DNA of 64,000 bases from Trichoplax sp. H2 (taxonomy: Eukaryota). The notes below the pieces were generated by a model that worked only from the letters and a program-made list of their open reading frames with translations, was not told the origin of the DNA and did not search any database. Shown here one piece after another: positions 25,380 through 39,279 of the stretch. The stretch's first letter is position 1, and each line of letters begins with the position of its first letter. Both the position numbers and the translations under genes were made by a program. The DNA is taken from contig NOWV01000122.1 of assembly GCA_003344405.1 (NCBI GenBank), positions 62,001-126,000 of the forward strand, given 5' to 3'.

Positions 25380-28300
25380 TTAGACTGGTTTCGCTATATT
25401 GCTATTTTTGCCAACATCATGGATCTATGCAAGCGTGCAAATTATTTTATTAGGCATTAGTATGTTTAAAATTTCCTAAAGATCGTAAATATTACTAGCC
25501 ACTTGCTTCACCTCTTGCACATAAACTTGAAATTCATTATATGCTTCGATTAGAAGCCGTACTTGCCCCCTCATCATAGCCATGTTCCATCCATAATTAT
25601 CTTTTACCTAAAGATTAAAGTTAATACGATGAAACTTGAGAGTAAAAAATTTTCCTAATTGTAGTTACTATCCAGACATCTTAGAATCAATATACGTAAT
25701 CAGCAGCTACATATGATACCTTTAATAATTTCTTGTTCTTGACTCCACTCTCTTTACTAATATAGGACACCAGTTCGCCCTATTACAAACCAGAAATGAT
25801 TTCATAATACCAAAATACACGTGAATGATATTGTTATCAAATAGCTCAATATAAACATCAGTTTAATTACCTGCAAATTAACCGCGTCCGATATAAGCTG
25901 CTCAAGCTAATTAAACATTAAAATACAATTTTTAACATTATATCAATGACATCTATAGTATCTAAAAAATTATCACAATTATTCAGAAATGTTATACAAA
26001 CCCTTTCCTGTAGAGAAGGGGCGCTATCAAGTAGAATTCTACCTTCGTCTATCATCTAACAAATAATTCGTTAGTAAATAATAAAGTAAGAATGGAGAAA
26101 AAATTTGGTCAATGAGGTATTACCGATTGGAAGGTTGAAATAGATTTTTTATATCCTTCAGGAACACCTCCAATAGCTTCTAAATGGGGATACTGCATTA
26201 AAGCAAATTCAATTAATATTTCATACATGCCGATTATTACGTCACAAGAATAACTAATCAGCAGCTCTCTCTCCTAATATAATAACATTGAAAACATATT
26301 CTAAATGCAATAAAATAAGAGGACATAAACATTTGCATCATTTACCCCCTCATTGGATGTTATGGACAGCGAGAATGTTTGTGAAGAACCTGTCAATCTT
26401 GATGTTAAATACTTTATACATTGTTTAATATTAGAAGAAGGTGCTAAGCCACATATTTCCTGTATCGTATTTAATAAAAATTACAAAAGTGTTAATAATT
26501 TTACAATCAACGAGCATCATCTTTAAAAAAGTAAAACACTTAATTACCTTGAATTGAGCTATTGCAATTTGTACATTATCTCTGAGATCAGTACTAGTTC
26601 GCAATGGCTTTACAGCTTCCTGTTATAAGTAATAATAAAACTAATGACATTCCCAATCTCCTAAAGCGAATTATTACCCTACATCCTTTATTTTGATGCA
26701 ATTGCTTATATAACCTTGAATATCTCATCAATAGACTTAATTCCGACCGTCTTTAGTTGTGCATACTAGTAGTTTAATAAAGAAAACACTTAAAGCAATG
26801 AATGAAGAGTAAAAATTTAATGGTAATGACAGCATCTTTTTTGCGTTTATACCTCTCTAGTTTTTTTAAGTTTCCTTATGGACATACCACGTTTGTACGA
26901 CTATATGTAGGTATAAGCAATAAATTAATCTGGTTAGCCAAATAACGTAGGATTTAAAGCAGATCATACTGGCGAAAGTTGTCAAAACATACCCCGAAGG
27001 CTCGTTTGCCAGTCATTGCGACATGTATGAATAAGGTAGCCAGCGGTATCAGTTCACCAGTATCGTCGTACAATTTTAAATGTCGATAACCTAATAGAAA
27101 ACAAATTTCGGACTTCATCTCATTGAAATAAAGTGAACTAAAGAAAAGTTTTTAATTTCAATTTCATGATAAAACTATTCTAGCACATTACCTAATTTTA
27201 CACAAGTTAATGGAATCGAAAATTGCCCAATAAAGTCATCACCAATATGCTCATCGTCTTTTACCAAAAATCTCAAGATGGCCAATTCGGGTAAGTTAAT
27301 CAGAAATTCATACGATTCATCAAATACCGGGTTAAATCCTGTTAACCACAGGTTAATGCAATACGTTACCACATTATTATATAATAGTAGTACCATTATA
27401 TCATACATCTTTCACATACTGCATACTTTACTCCAAAAATGATGTGGTAACGTACCGTTATTTGCAATTGTCTTACTACGCTCTTCCGCACAATCAATCG
27501 GGATTCCATTGATTTGTAAAATTACATAGGGATCTACTACATTGACTTTCGAACCTGATCCTCGTGGCTTTGGTAAATTTTGGCCACTAATGATCTACGG
27601 TAAATTAATGCCAACAATTTGTTTAAATTTAAAATTTAGAACGACTTTCATTAACTGTACTACGAACTTTCATTGTAACTAACCCTAATATGTAAGATTT
27701 GTGGATCCACTCCTGGAATAGATTCCTTACTTGATGGATTAAAATAAGAATAATCTATACGAAAAAATCAGAGATTTTGCGTTTATACCTTGATAATAAC
27801 GACTTCTAAGTAAATAGTACACATAATAATGTACTACTCTTATAATGAATAAGTCTAAACAATAAAAATAGATTTACCTTCACGTAAAGCTGGCGGCTTC
27901 AGAACGTATCCACAGCCACCATTTTCAGTAAATTTTCCGGTATGAAGGTCCATCATTTCTCCGCGTGTTTGATAATTCATGGCCACTACAATTCAATAAG
28001 ATAAAGTTGTTACTTTGCAATTTTTAAAAAATTTTGAGCACCGTTAAATCAATTTTGGGGGATGAACAGTATCATCCAAAATAACCTAATTGGCAACCGC
28101 AATTCCATAAATCTTGCGGATTGTAATTGCTAGAGTCGACGCGTTTAGTAGCTGGATAAATCCTGCTCAAGTAATTCTTATTAAAATTAACAAATTCATC
28201 CGGAGACGCTTGATTAAGCTTCAATGCCGATACTTCTTCAAATGATGAAGTTTCATAATAATTTCCTAATCATAAAAAATGTTTAATTACATGAAGTACG

Positions 28301-31300
28301 CGCATACTGCTAAAAATTCTGAGCTATAGGATTTGCCGTCAACGCATATAACGGTGAGGCTATCTTTTTTAGTTATTTTTCTTAAAGTATAAAGAAACAC
28401 TTGCGAGGTAACGAATAATATCGAAATATCACTGTTAATCGATAAAGACTTACTGTTATTTTCTTTAGCTTCCTGAAAGCCATTGAATGTAATACACTTA
28501 AGATTGATTAAGTCCGATAATTGCTTAATCAATTTCACCTGCTTCTTGTTTTGATTAGCGTTATCCTTCAAGTATTAAAATAATAATTGTAAAGTTACTA
28601 ATATACGTTATGTTGAAACATATTGTAAAATATCAACATCACAAGCGGCTTATTAGATTTTATCAAAGTATAGAATTCTACGCTTATATGCTGTAAATGC
28701 GGCGAAGTAGTAATGCAGTAAATAGTTAATGCTATACATGTACTGTATGATGTTCTTACCTTTTTAGCTTTCTTCTTTTCACCATTTTCTGGGGCATGGC
28801 CCGAACATTCTTCATCAGATACGAATCCTTCCATCTCTTTACAATCAACTGGTAATTTTTTGCCCTAATTTTATAGAATAATTGACAATATCAGTCGAAA
28901 CGCCACATTTGTAGCCCAGAAAAATTTCAAATCCTGAGAAATTTATTTCACCTTCAGAATAATCTTTCTTCGTAAACGCCTAGGTGAAGTCAGTAATTTT
29001 TGATTTTCGTTGATAAAATGATTGCATAGCTTATCTGTAATTTAGGATATATAATCAAGTATTAATTCTTAAATTCCTATTTTGCCTGAAATCGTCATTG
29101 ATATATTAAAGGCTAACTCTCATACTGTTAGTATTACTAACCGCCTAAGATTTCTTTTAAATAATGGGCAATTATACGTTGCTGCTTCGTAGAGCAGTGA
29201 TTTTGAATCCATAGTATTACCGGATACCTTATTCCCGCAAATTGAATAACCCAGCAAAGCTTAGACTACAACTAACAGATTCGCTAACTTAAGCTTTAAT
29301 TAAAATAAAATTTAATATTAATATTGGACTTGAATTAAAGATTAATATTATTTGGTTTCTATTGTTTATAAACATACTCGGATGCGACAAAAGCGTATTC
29401 ATTAATAGCCTGTATCACAGACTTGAACGTAATCTTTGTTGTTAATGACTGCCCATGGTATATTACAGGTTCATTATTAGGACCATCCCAGCAATCCACT
29501 ATGGTTTTGTAATTTAATATAAACATTATTTCGTAATTGATCAATGGATTAACGATAGTAAAATTTATTAGTACTATATAACATACTTTCAACGCAACGA
29601 CATCCAGACAAAAGGGCACTTTTATAGGCCTCAACGCTTGAAGGGCCAGTTAACTGGTCTTCCAATAGATCTCTAATACAGGTATTAGATAAGTAGCAAC
29701 GTTAATATCTCAGCATTTTACTTTTAATAGAAAAATGATAAAGATTGCACTCACGTATTATGCGAAGAGGCAATAAAATAATGAGACAATGGTTGGTCCA
29801 TATCTTCACAAACGTTTAAATGTTTCGAGTCAAATAATTCTTGTTCCAATAAATACTTTATGAAGCCATCTATACCAAGAAAACCCTCACGTCGCCCTCT
29901 ACGTGTTGGTTCATACTTCTTTACCAATCCTAAACAATCTTCTTTGCTTAATTTTGAAACCTATTACATATATCAGAATATTTAGTGGTTTTTTGTAATT
30001 TTCTAAATTTTGCTTCAGCTTGTTTTCAATTAAGAAATGCGTGATATTTTGCGCAATTAATTATACATTGGAAAACACGCACCCCCTGTTCTGATTCTAG
30101 AAATGCCATTAGATCATCAACGGTCAAGAAATCTCCAATATTAGCGTATCTGTTTTGAATAACAATATATCATATTTGCACGCATTAGGTAAGATGTAAA
30201 ATTTTAATATTTGTACACATTTACGTATTCAAAACTAATTTTCTTCCAATAGCCGTTTAGGCTAATTTCTTTACCACAATATTTCTTAATATCTTAATTA
30301 TAAACGTCTATCATCATTTCTGCTAGATGCCCTTACCGAACCAAGATAAAATACACTTCAGGTCTAGTAGTTATCTCTTTAAAAAAATTTAAAAATTGTG
30401 CTCTGTTCATGGTACCATCGGCTGCGCTACATTCCTGTATATAATACAGACACAATAATAAATTTGGCTTCGAATTTTCACTAACAATCATGAGGTGATA
30501 ATTTCATAGCAAGTAAATAGAACGATAGCATTTCTTGCCATGACTGAGTACTTAAATGATACGCATTTTTTAGCATATCACAGTAAAAAGAATAGGGAAT
30601 TTCATATTAAATGTAAATTACTTCCAGTAATATCTTGGGATATCCATAGACTTAATTTATAGAAAGGTATATCTTTAATAAAAGTAGCCCAAATATAGAC
30701 AGAAATTTTTTTATTCTTACCTTATGTTTCGAAAGAATTTGTTCTAGATTGATATGAGGTGACATTTGTTTAACAAGACCCATAACCTGTTCCTCCATCA
30801 GAAAGCCGGACCCACGAACGGCTTGGAAATCAAATTTTTCTTTTATCCATGTAATATTAGTTAAGCAAATTATGATATTGTACGAGTCATTATTTTAAGT
30901 TATAGTTACATAAGAGTATCAGCTGCAAGTAGTGATATAGAAAATTCTAGAAAAATTTTATAATAACAGTTTTATAATTTTAAATGAACAAGTTTACTCG
31001 GTATCGCTTAAATTATGTATAGTCGGGATATGAATCACGGATAACTTGACGATCATCAACGCTGTCTTTACCTGAACCAACAATACAGATGTGATAAGAA
31101 TATTAGTTAAATAGTAACAGAATAATTGATGTTATTTTACTAGAGTATCTAAGGAATTACTGTGTTATACGAAAAATAAATACAAGAAGGCTTCGAGATT
31201 CTGCTATGCAAGATTTCTTAGTTAAGATAGCTAAGATAAGATACTTACCAGATCTTTTACGATTACTAATAAGGCATCTCAAACCAGTTATCCACACATT

Positions 31301-34300
31301 GGCCTCATCTGGACTGCTAGCCACTAAATCTAACGATTCATACTTATCTCCATAGATAATTGAAAAGGAGCAATCTTCGCTATAGTCCTCCTTGACTAAC
31401 TGACGAAATATATCTGTCGTCTGACCCTTGAAAACTTCTCGAATATCGGAAATTTTTACTGCGAACATAGAAATCATTTCATTATTGAGTGATACGGCGA
31501 CCACTTATGTAAAACATTGCTAACAGTTATTCGAATAGGGAGTGGAGTATTCTATTCATTTATTCGTCCTTTATTTTCATTTAAAGAAGCGTTATGCCTC
31601 TATTCAGATAATAGCGAAAGGCTAACTTTTACGTGTCGAGCACTATTGTGAAATTCTATCCTATATCACATAGAATGATTCTCCATACTGTAGACTCACG
31701 TACTCTGTTGGTTGCTAAATATTATTCAATATTACGATTTGTCGATAATGCTACGCTCAATTACATGGGAGGTAAGCTAAAACTAATTATGTTATAATAA
31801 TTATAACATACACAATCAGTGTTGGCAAATTATAAGGGACACAAAATTAGCCAGTTGTATAATTCGGCGGATAATAAGCTTATTCTTATAAAGTATTAAT
31901 TTTAAATTAATTAAGTCGTTACTACAGCATTTACTGATGCGTAATAATTTAAATCAAATGGCCAGCAACTGTACTATATCGCGAAGAAAACGCTCTACTT
32001 TGGCATCACAAGTCAGTAATAACAGTGTCATAATATGCTGCTGCTTTAATGCAAGCTATGAAATTTATAAGATTTGTAAGGTGAATTGATAGCTGATTTT
32101 GATTTGTACGCGTATAGCAGCAGCAAATAGAATTTTCTGCTAAATAGCTTTAAAAGTATTCCTTGAGATCGAGATAATTATTGCAGCAATAGCCAAAAGA
32201 TCGAAAAAAATAATACTAGTAATATAATAACAGTAATAATAATAGTAATATTGTTAATATGAATGAAACGAGGAATACTAATAATATTGATAATAATAAG
32301 TTATATGAATTATATACTATTAATTGTCAGATATTTTGATAGTAAATCATTAGTATAATCAGATCCTTACTTCAAAAATTTTCATTAATTAATTAAAATA
32401 AATAAAAATAAATTGTACACTCAGAAGGAAACAGTGTAGATCAATGAGAAGGAATCAAAGCGTTAATCACATGCGATAATTACAGAGCTTTATATGTACG
32501 GATGTTCCATGCCTTATTAGCAAGCTATTTTAGAACTGAGGTGGCGTTAATTAATTCAATTATTCTTCTTTCGTGCACCAGATAGCTAAAAAATACTATT
32601 TATCATACGTATAATATAATTGATTCGATATTAATATGCGTAAAGCAGAAATTCTAGAATGAATACACTACAGTACCTCGTAAGATAATTAGGATATGTT
32701 GAAAGCATCGATTTCTCTCATAAGTCTATCGTAGTTTGCTTGCTAATTATGTCGTAAACATATCTGTTCTTTAATCATCTTACATCAATAACAATGGGGG
32801 TTAACGTCTCAAAACAGGTGTAGTTAGTGAAAAGGGCGATACAAAAGCTACAACTAGAAACAATACTAGTGGATAAAATTGTAGACAACACTCTTTTATC
32901 CACCAACCCCATTAACAATGGCTTGGCATCCATTATCAATTCAGGTCTTATGTACAATGGATCAAAAAATGGATAGGTGATATTGTTAATTTAAATAAAT
33001 TATATTAATGAACATGGTATAATCTTGAATCGTCTATAAAATATAATAAAGAGCGGATAGCAATACTAAGAGGATGCTTAGTATGTTTTCGATAATCATA
33101 TCAATTCCTTCTGATTATGCATAATAATACTGCTTAACTTCATAGTCAATTTTAACTTCTAATATATGGGATCATAACACATAATTGCATCGATTTTCTA
33201 TTGATCGTAGAGAAATATGACGACGATTGAACAACAATTTTATTAGCAAAGATGTGACATATTTTGGTCATCAATCTACAATACTCGTATACATATAAGT
33301 AAATCTATTAATTGTATAATAAAGGATTGAGACCTCTATTACATACTGTGTATGCACACTACATACAGTAAGCTTCTCTAGCATTGGTATTAACGTAATA
33401 AATTATAAAGGGACTCAATAAGTTCTTCATCTGTGAAAACGCTCGTGCATTGATTTGTAATCAAGTATTTGTATTTAGCATGGTCTAATGCAAAAAAGTA
33501 ATTAAATCAGCAGTATGTAATATTCAATTTTATAGTTAGAGTAATGAAGAAGCTAGCTGGTTTTAGAAGTAGAACTTAAACAGTCGTATCAACTTTTGTT
33601 GCTTCCAATATTTCAGATGTAAAGATAATTATAATTATTGATGTGAAATAGTAACGCAAATAGATTAATTATCAGAGCATAGGATAGTAATATGTTAAAA
33701 GACAACCTTCTCTATCTGATAGCACTATTGTTTCCATATAAATATATGTGCACAGTACGCTATGCTACTCCAAATGCATCACTATTAATTACAATTAAAT
33801 TCAAGCCTAAAATACTAGTCTTGTCAATGAGTGAGTACACTGAAATATGCTACTCAATAAACAAGTATACAAAGTCTGACGATCATTGTGTTCTAATAAT
33901 ATTTCATAATGATCTACCCACTTTACCGATAACTATTTACAGGCTAGTATAGCTTTAGATATACTGTACATACATACATACGCGTATAGTATAATTTAGT
34001 GCAAGTATTTTAAAATACGATATAACTTGGGCAAAAGAGTTTGGAAGGATTAGCCTAACAAATTTATAAGTTATTGAAGTAATTTAAATGCATTATATCA
34101 GTTACTTTTATATGATTTCATTACTGTTCAAAGGAATAATATTCTGATAACGCAAATGACATTGCATAAATATAATCCAATAACTTTCTTGAGTAATGCA
34201 GTAGCGTGGACAATATGTCATCTAATCAAGCTGACCGATAGTAATCATTTCATCAATACTGTTGCATGATGTTGACCAATTGTGTGATTAATTATAATTC

Positions 34301-37300
34301 TTAGTTAAGCGTAATTAAGATTACTTTCAATCTGTAGCACTACGTACGACAGTAAACCGTAGAGAGTTGATTGACTGCACAAGATGCTTAATGTAAAGAC
34401 ATACTTACTGTATTTAATACATATAGTACAAATAAAAAACATTGAAATATTCTACTTTGTGCCGATTGGCCAAATCGATCTAAGTTTTAGATGTTCTATT
34501 ACTCGCAGACAAACTCTACATAAGATTCATATTTGTATATATTATATATGTATGCTATTGGTAAATTACTTACATGGGTTCTGGTGATAGCGAATAATGG
34601 TAATAAACTGTCAAAATATATTAAACTGTTCCTTCATGTTGACCCGTATTGCTGTTTACGAGTATGTTACAGTATATGAATGTCGAGTTTGAATCTACAT
34701 TATACAGTTAGATATAACACTGAGAATTGAAAATTAGCATGAATATGGGCTATTACATTGTACTATCGGTTGCATAAACAAACTAATATGTTACGGCCAT
34801 ATTTTCGTCATAATTATAAATGTTGGCAATGAAAAGCATAATATTCTATTCAGCCTCATTTTATCCGCTGTTATCACTTTCACTTAATAAATAGCAATAT
34901 GATAGCAATGACATCGCTGTAGAAATCATTACATAAAATAACGATATGACCTAAAAAAAAGATATGAGAAAGTAACTACTCCGATCGTAACTACATACGC
35001 GTACTGGAAGAAAATCAATTAAATATGGTAGACGATACGGCGGTAATGTTTTTGTTGGCTAAGCTGCCGTAAGGAATAATATAAAGCGCAAAATAATTTA
35101 GAATGAGTAATGCGAATAATATACAATTTCCATTACACACTGCTGTAGGTATATATATAGTTTAATGGGATCTTTAAATAAATTACCCCTTAATCAATAC
35201 AATCAGACAATGTTCAACTTTAATCCCTAAAAGCAACTTAGTCAATTTAAACGATATCGTAGGTAGACAATTAAAATGATAATAATGCTTTCAAGTTAGC
35301 AAAAATAGCCTCAAAGGGAGAAATCCTATTATGGAATAAAACTATGTATTCTCTGGTGCACTAAATCTATTTTTTAAATGCAAAGAACTTCGGCCATGAG
35401 AAGTGCTATTCTATAGCGAGTTAAGAATACAAATAAAACAAATAATAAGACTTCCTATTCTTTTGCTATGTGTGCGATCTTTAGACAGCCGTGTTTAGGG
35501 TGTAAACTATTTCAACTTTTGAAGCAGGAAGAGTGTCTTTCAAATGATTGACGATACTGATAGGAATTATAGTCATGGCATGCATTAAGGGAACAGCTAA
35601 CTTGACGATGTCAAGACACCAAACACATATCCGATCCACAACAGATGACTGGAGGATTTAGTACTATATAGGGTACACATATTAACTATTGAAAACGACT
35701 ATACAACATTAGGAACTGCAATTCTTTCTACAAAAGGTACCACAGAATGACTTGCTAGGTAAATACTATCCTTGAATCAAATACAATTAGCAATAAACAT
35801 CATCAAAACGGTTGCTATCGACATACGTGTACATTGTACACTGTATAGGTAATGATGATGATTCAAGCTATAAATCTGTATAATAAGTTCGTTATACAGT
35901 ATAAGAGAATGCATAGACAAGGGCAACACGGTATAATATAGTCATGAGTGATGGTAGAGAGAGAGAGAGAGAGATGAAATCGGTCTTTTCTAACAGTCTA
36001 TTATCATATAATAAAAAATTAAAAAATTGTTATTAGTTTATGAGTTGTATGCTTCTATAACGTTATTACTGTACCCATGCAAAACTTCTCTTTGATGAAT
36101 TGGAAATGACAGTAGGCCGGTTAGCGAAATGTAATAAATTGAATAAATCCATGAAATCATTGGCAATGTGATTCTACTTCTAATTATTAAGCTTAGGAAC
36201 ATTGATGAAATTGTCATCGCATAAAATTGTAATTATTAAGCTTAGGAACATTGATGAAATTGTCATATGAGTTTTAGAATGAAAGATGAAATTGCCATCC
36301 TATAAAATTGTAATTATTAAGCTTAGGAACATTGATGAAATTGTCATATGAGTTTTAGAATGAAAGATGAAATTGCCATCCTATAAAATTGTAATTATTA
36401 AGCTTAGGAACATTGATGAAATTGTCATATGAGTTTTAGAATGAAAGATGAAATTGCCATCCTATAAAATTGTAATTATTAAGCTTAGGAACATTGATGA
36501 AATTGTCATATGAGTTTTAGAATGAAAGATGAAATTGCCATCCTATAAAATTGTAATTATTAAGCTTAGGAACATTGATGAAATTGTCATATGAGTTTTA
36601 GAATGAAAGATGAAATTGCCATCCTATAAAATTGTAATTATTAAGCTTAGGAACATTGATGAAATTGTCATATGAGTTTTAGAATGAAAAATGAAATTGT
36701 CATCCCATAATTCAGTAAACCGTATTTTAAGCAGCTATTCCATCTACCGAATCATGACTGCATGGTAACTACCTCTGGTTACTGAACAGTGTACTACGCT
36801 TATACAGTATGATCAATGTCATTGGTGTACAATGCATTTCGAATATTACAAGTTTAATCCAGAGAAGATGAAAGAAAAAAACCAAAGCGGTCGGTCGATA
36901 TTATTAAAATTATTACGAATCGGTCGATAAAATTGATGGCATTTCTAGGCATACTAAAGTGGTGAAAAGGATACTAATCCTTAATACCCACCATACCGTA
37001 ATTTGCAAGGTATGATAATTCGGTAGTTTATTAACAATCAATCAATCATACAATTATGGATGAGGAAAACAGTCATCGTCCAAGTACGATAAAAAGCTCA
37101 ACAGTAACGTTAATATCGTTCTTTTCTTATTACACTAGATTACTATACGTTTCTCTCTCTCTGTATATTATAAACTGATAGACGGGTATCGAGGTTTATC
37201 CATGGCTATCGGTGGTTTATTTTATGATTGTATTTATTGCGTTGCAATGGCGATCATCTGTCACTATTATAATTTAAATTAGTATTGCAGTGGATATTAG

Positions 37301-39279
37301 CAGAGTATGTTGAAGGATTATCATACTGAAGGAAATAGAAATGAAGAAAGATGTCTTTTGGATGAGGAAAACAGAGATGGAGGGAAAATGGCGATACGCA
37401 TTGAAGAGTGTGAGAGTGAATCAAAGAAAAATAGAGAGGAAAGAGAACATCAATATATTTCAAAAAAATAAAATATCATTCAAGCACTGTTTAGTTTGCA
37501 TTCATTAGTAGACAAAACAGAGACAAAAAAACACAACTTCATACCATTTGATAAAGGAAAGTACACAATTTTGACTGTGATAGACAATATGTTGACGAGA
37601 TATCGTAGTTTATGTCAATCGCTTACTATGTCAACATTCATAACGTTATTGAGTAAGTTAGTTAGTGACTTTATTACTTACTAAATGCTTTTTCAGCTTT
37701 CTTGGTACTCGGTTTCCAAGTTAATGATGACATTTCTTGATCCAGTACAAAAGTACGCTTGTAATGTCGCGTTACTGAACGAATTTTAATCATATCGGTG
37801 CCAGCTTGCATTGCTCTTATACAATCGCCAGCTGTACGTGTCAAGATAGCCATTTGCAAAAAGCGGCACATAAAGAAGGAGAAAAGGAGAAAAGTTGAGC
37901 CAACATCGTACTCTACTCTACTCGTTTACAACATAGCAAAAATAAACTATCGTTTTGTGATCGATTAGTCAGACTGTACAACACTATATTTATGAGTACT
38001 GTCAAGTAGATGAGTTGTTTTTGCAAACCGCTATAGAACATCTGTGGACTAAAATGCATCTATCATACTATCCATGCACTGTATGGAAGAGGCGGCCGTA
38101 TTGAAATCAAACTTTGGTAGAATTGTACTTGAAATTATGGTAGCGACAGCAATCCTACTTTTGAACCGAAATGGAAAGGACTTGTAAGAATGGGAATGGA
38201 AAACCTCTTGTAGCAATACGGTCGTACAAATGAGTATACTGCCGTAGAGTGGTGGTGAATAAATCTAGTAGCGATGGCAAAACATGATTCCTGTGCTATA
38301 TGTTAAAAGTGGCCAAGGACATTTTCAACTTTACTCTAGTTTGTAGTCGCGTCTTGCTGAATGCGTTGGAGAATACAGTAGTCATGTACTGCCGCCTCCT
38401 TGAAAAGATTCGATCGGATAATTATGGATCATTATGTGTTGTCCGTGTCAATGCAACACTAAATAAAAGCAAAGTCGATGTTGATTACCAAATTGTACAG
38501 TACACTAACAGTGAACAAATCTACTGTACAATCCTGACTACGAATATTGGAAGAGTAAAATTGTAAAGATTGTACAATTATGCCGTTGTATAGTATAGAA
38601 GAAAAAGTCATGAATTTATTTGTCAACAAGGGAAAAGTTGGGGAAAAAAAAATTGGAACGCTTGCAACAAAAGCTACTCATAATCACGATTGTAACTTAA
38701 TTTCTCTTCAATCGTTAACAGTAGGCCAATGAGATAAAATTGAATGTTTAAAATTAAGATCGGTTGATCGACTATTGTGCAGGATAGAAGGAAAAATTAA
38801 AAAATGATGGTTGTGACATGAAGGATAAATCAAAAGACAAAAATGGCAATCATGGAAAGCGTTGAAAGTGAATGGATAAAAGGCATACCGCTGGCAATGG
38901 CTTTTTCATCACTGGATGAACTAAAGGAGACATGCTTTTGCATTCGTGATCTATTTCCACTGGCTAAACTGCTACGTCGCGGCATTTTATTAGGGTACTC
39001 ATCGTTGATATTATTTAAACTATTTCCTTGAATTTGGACTGCGCTAAGACTTCTTGTTCGACGACCAATTCCATCGACATCGGCGTATTGATCAGGACTT
39101 AAACTTCGTGCTGGATGATCACTTGATTGCTCATCGCTACGTTGATGTTTCTCTCGTAATTGGCCATTAAAACTGTCTCCATTCGATTTGAGTTGTTCAC
39201 TCTCTTCAATAACACTCAAGTCACTCACACCGCCCATACGAGGCTTGTCATCGTCTCCTTTACTTTCTTGGTGATCCAT
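25380..39279 (-). CDS. PLCL: Phospholipase C-like protein (PLCL/PRIP family): PH, EF-hand, X/Y, C2 and PLCL C-terminal domains; ~25 exons, with a 6.2-kb intron at 31459-37681
   Basis: N-terminus [27 protein letters not shown] resembles vertebrate PLCL1/2. X box: [41 protein letters not shown] box: [43 protein letters not shown]2: [11 protein letters not shown]. Tail: [29 protein letters not shown] at 39279, TAA at 25382-25380. Confidence 0.92.
30851..31031 (-). other. U12-type (minor spliceosome) AT-AC intron in PLCL
   Basis: 5' end ATATCCCG; branch site TTGCTTAAC 9 nt before the terminal AC. Removal gives in-frame ..VIRDS|WIKEKF.., leading into the EF-hand region. Confidence 0.85.
36180..36710. 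repeat. 81-bp minisatellite, ~6 near-identical copies plus a partial copy, in the large PLCL intron
   Basis: The unit taattattaagcttaggaacattgatgaaattgtcatatgagttttagaatgaaagatgaaattgccatcctataaaattg starts at 36230, 36311, 36392, 36473, 36554 and 36635. Confidence 0.95.

Noticed and set aside
36966-36976. GTATCCTT U12-like donors (minus strand here; plus-strand matches near 11485, 14500 and 43387)
   Set aside because: None lies at an exon boundary needed by any gene model.
31459-37681. Possible nested gene in the 6.2-kb PLCL intron
   Set aside because: Only short AT-rich ORFs without protein-like features were found; alternative first exons cannot be excluded.
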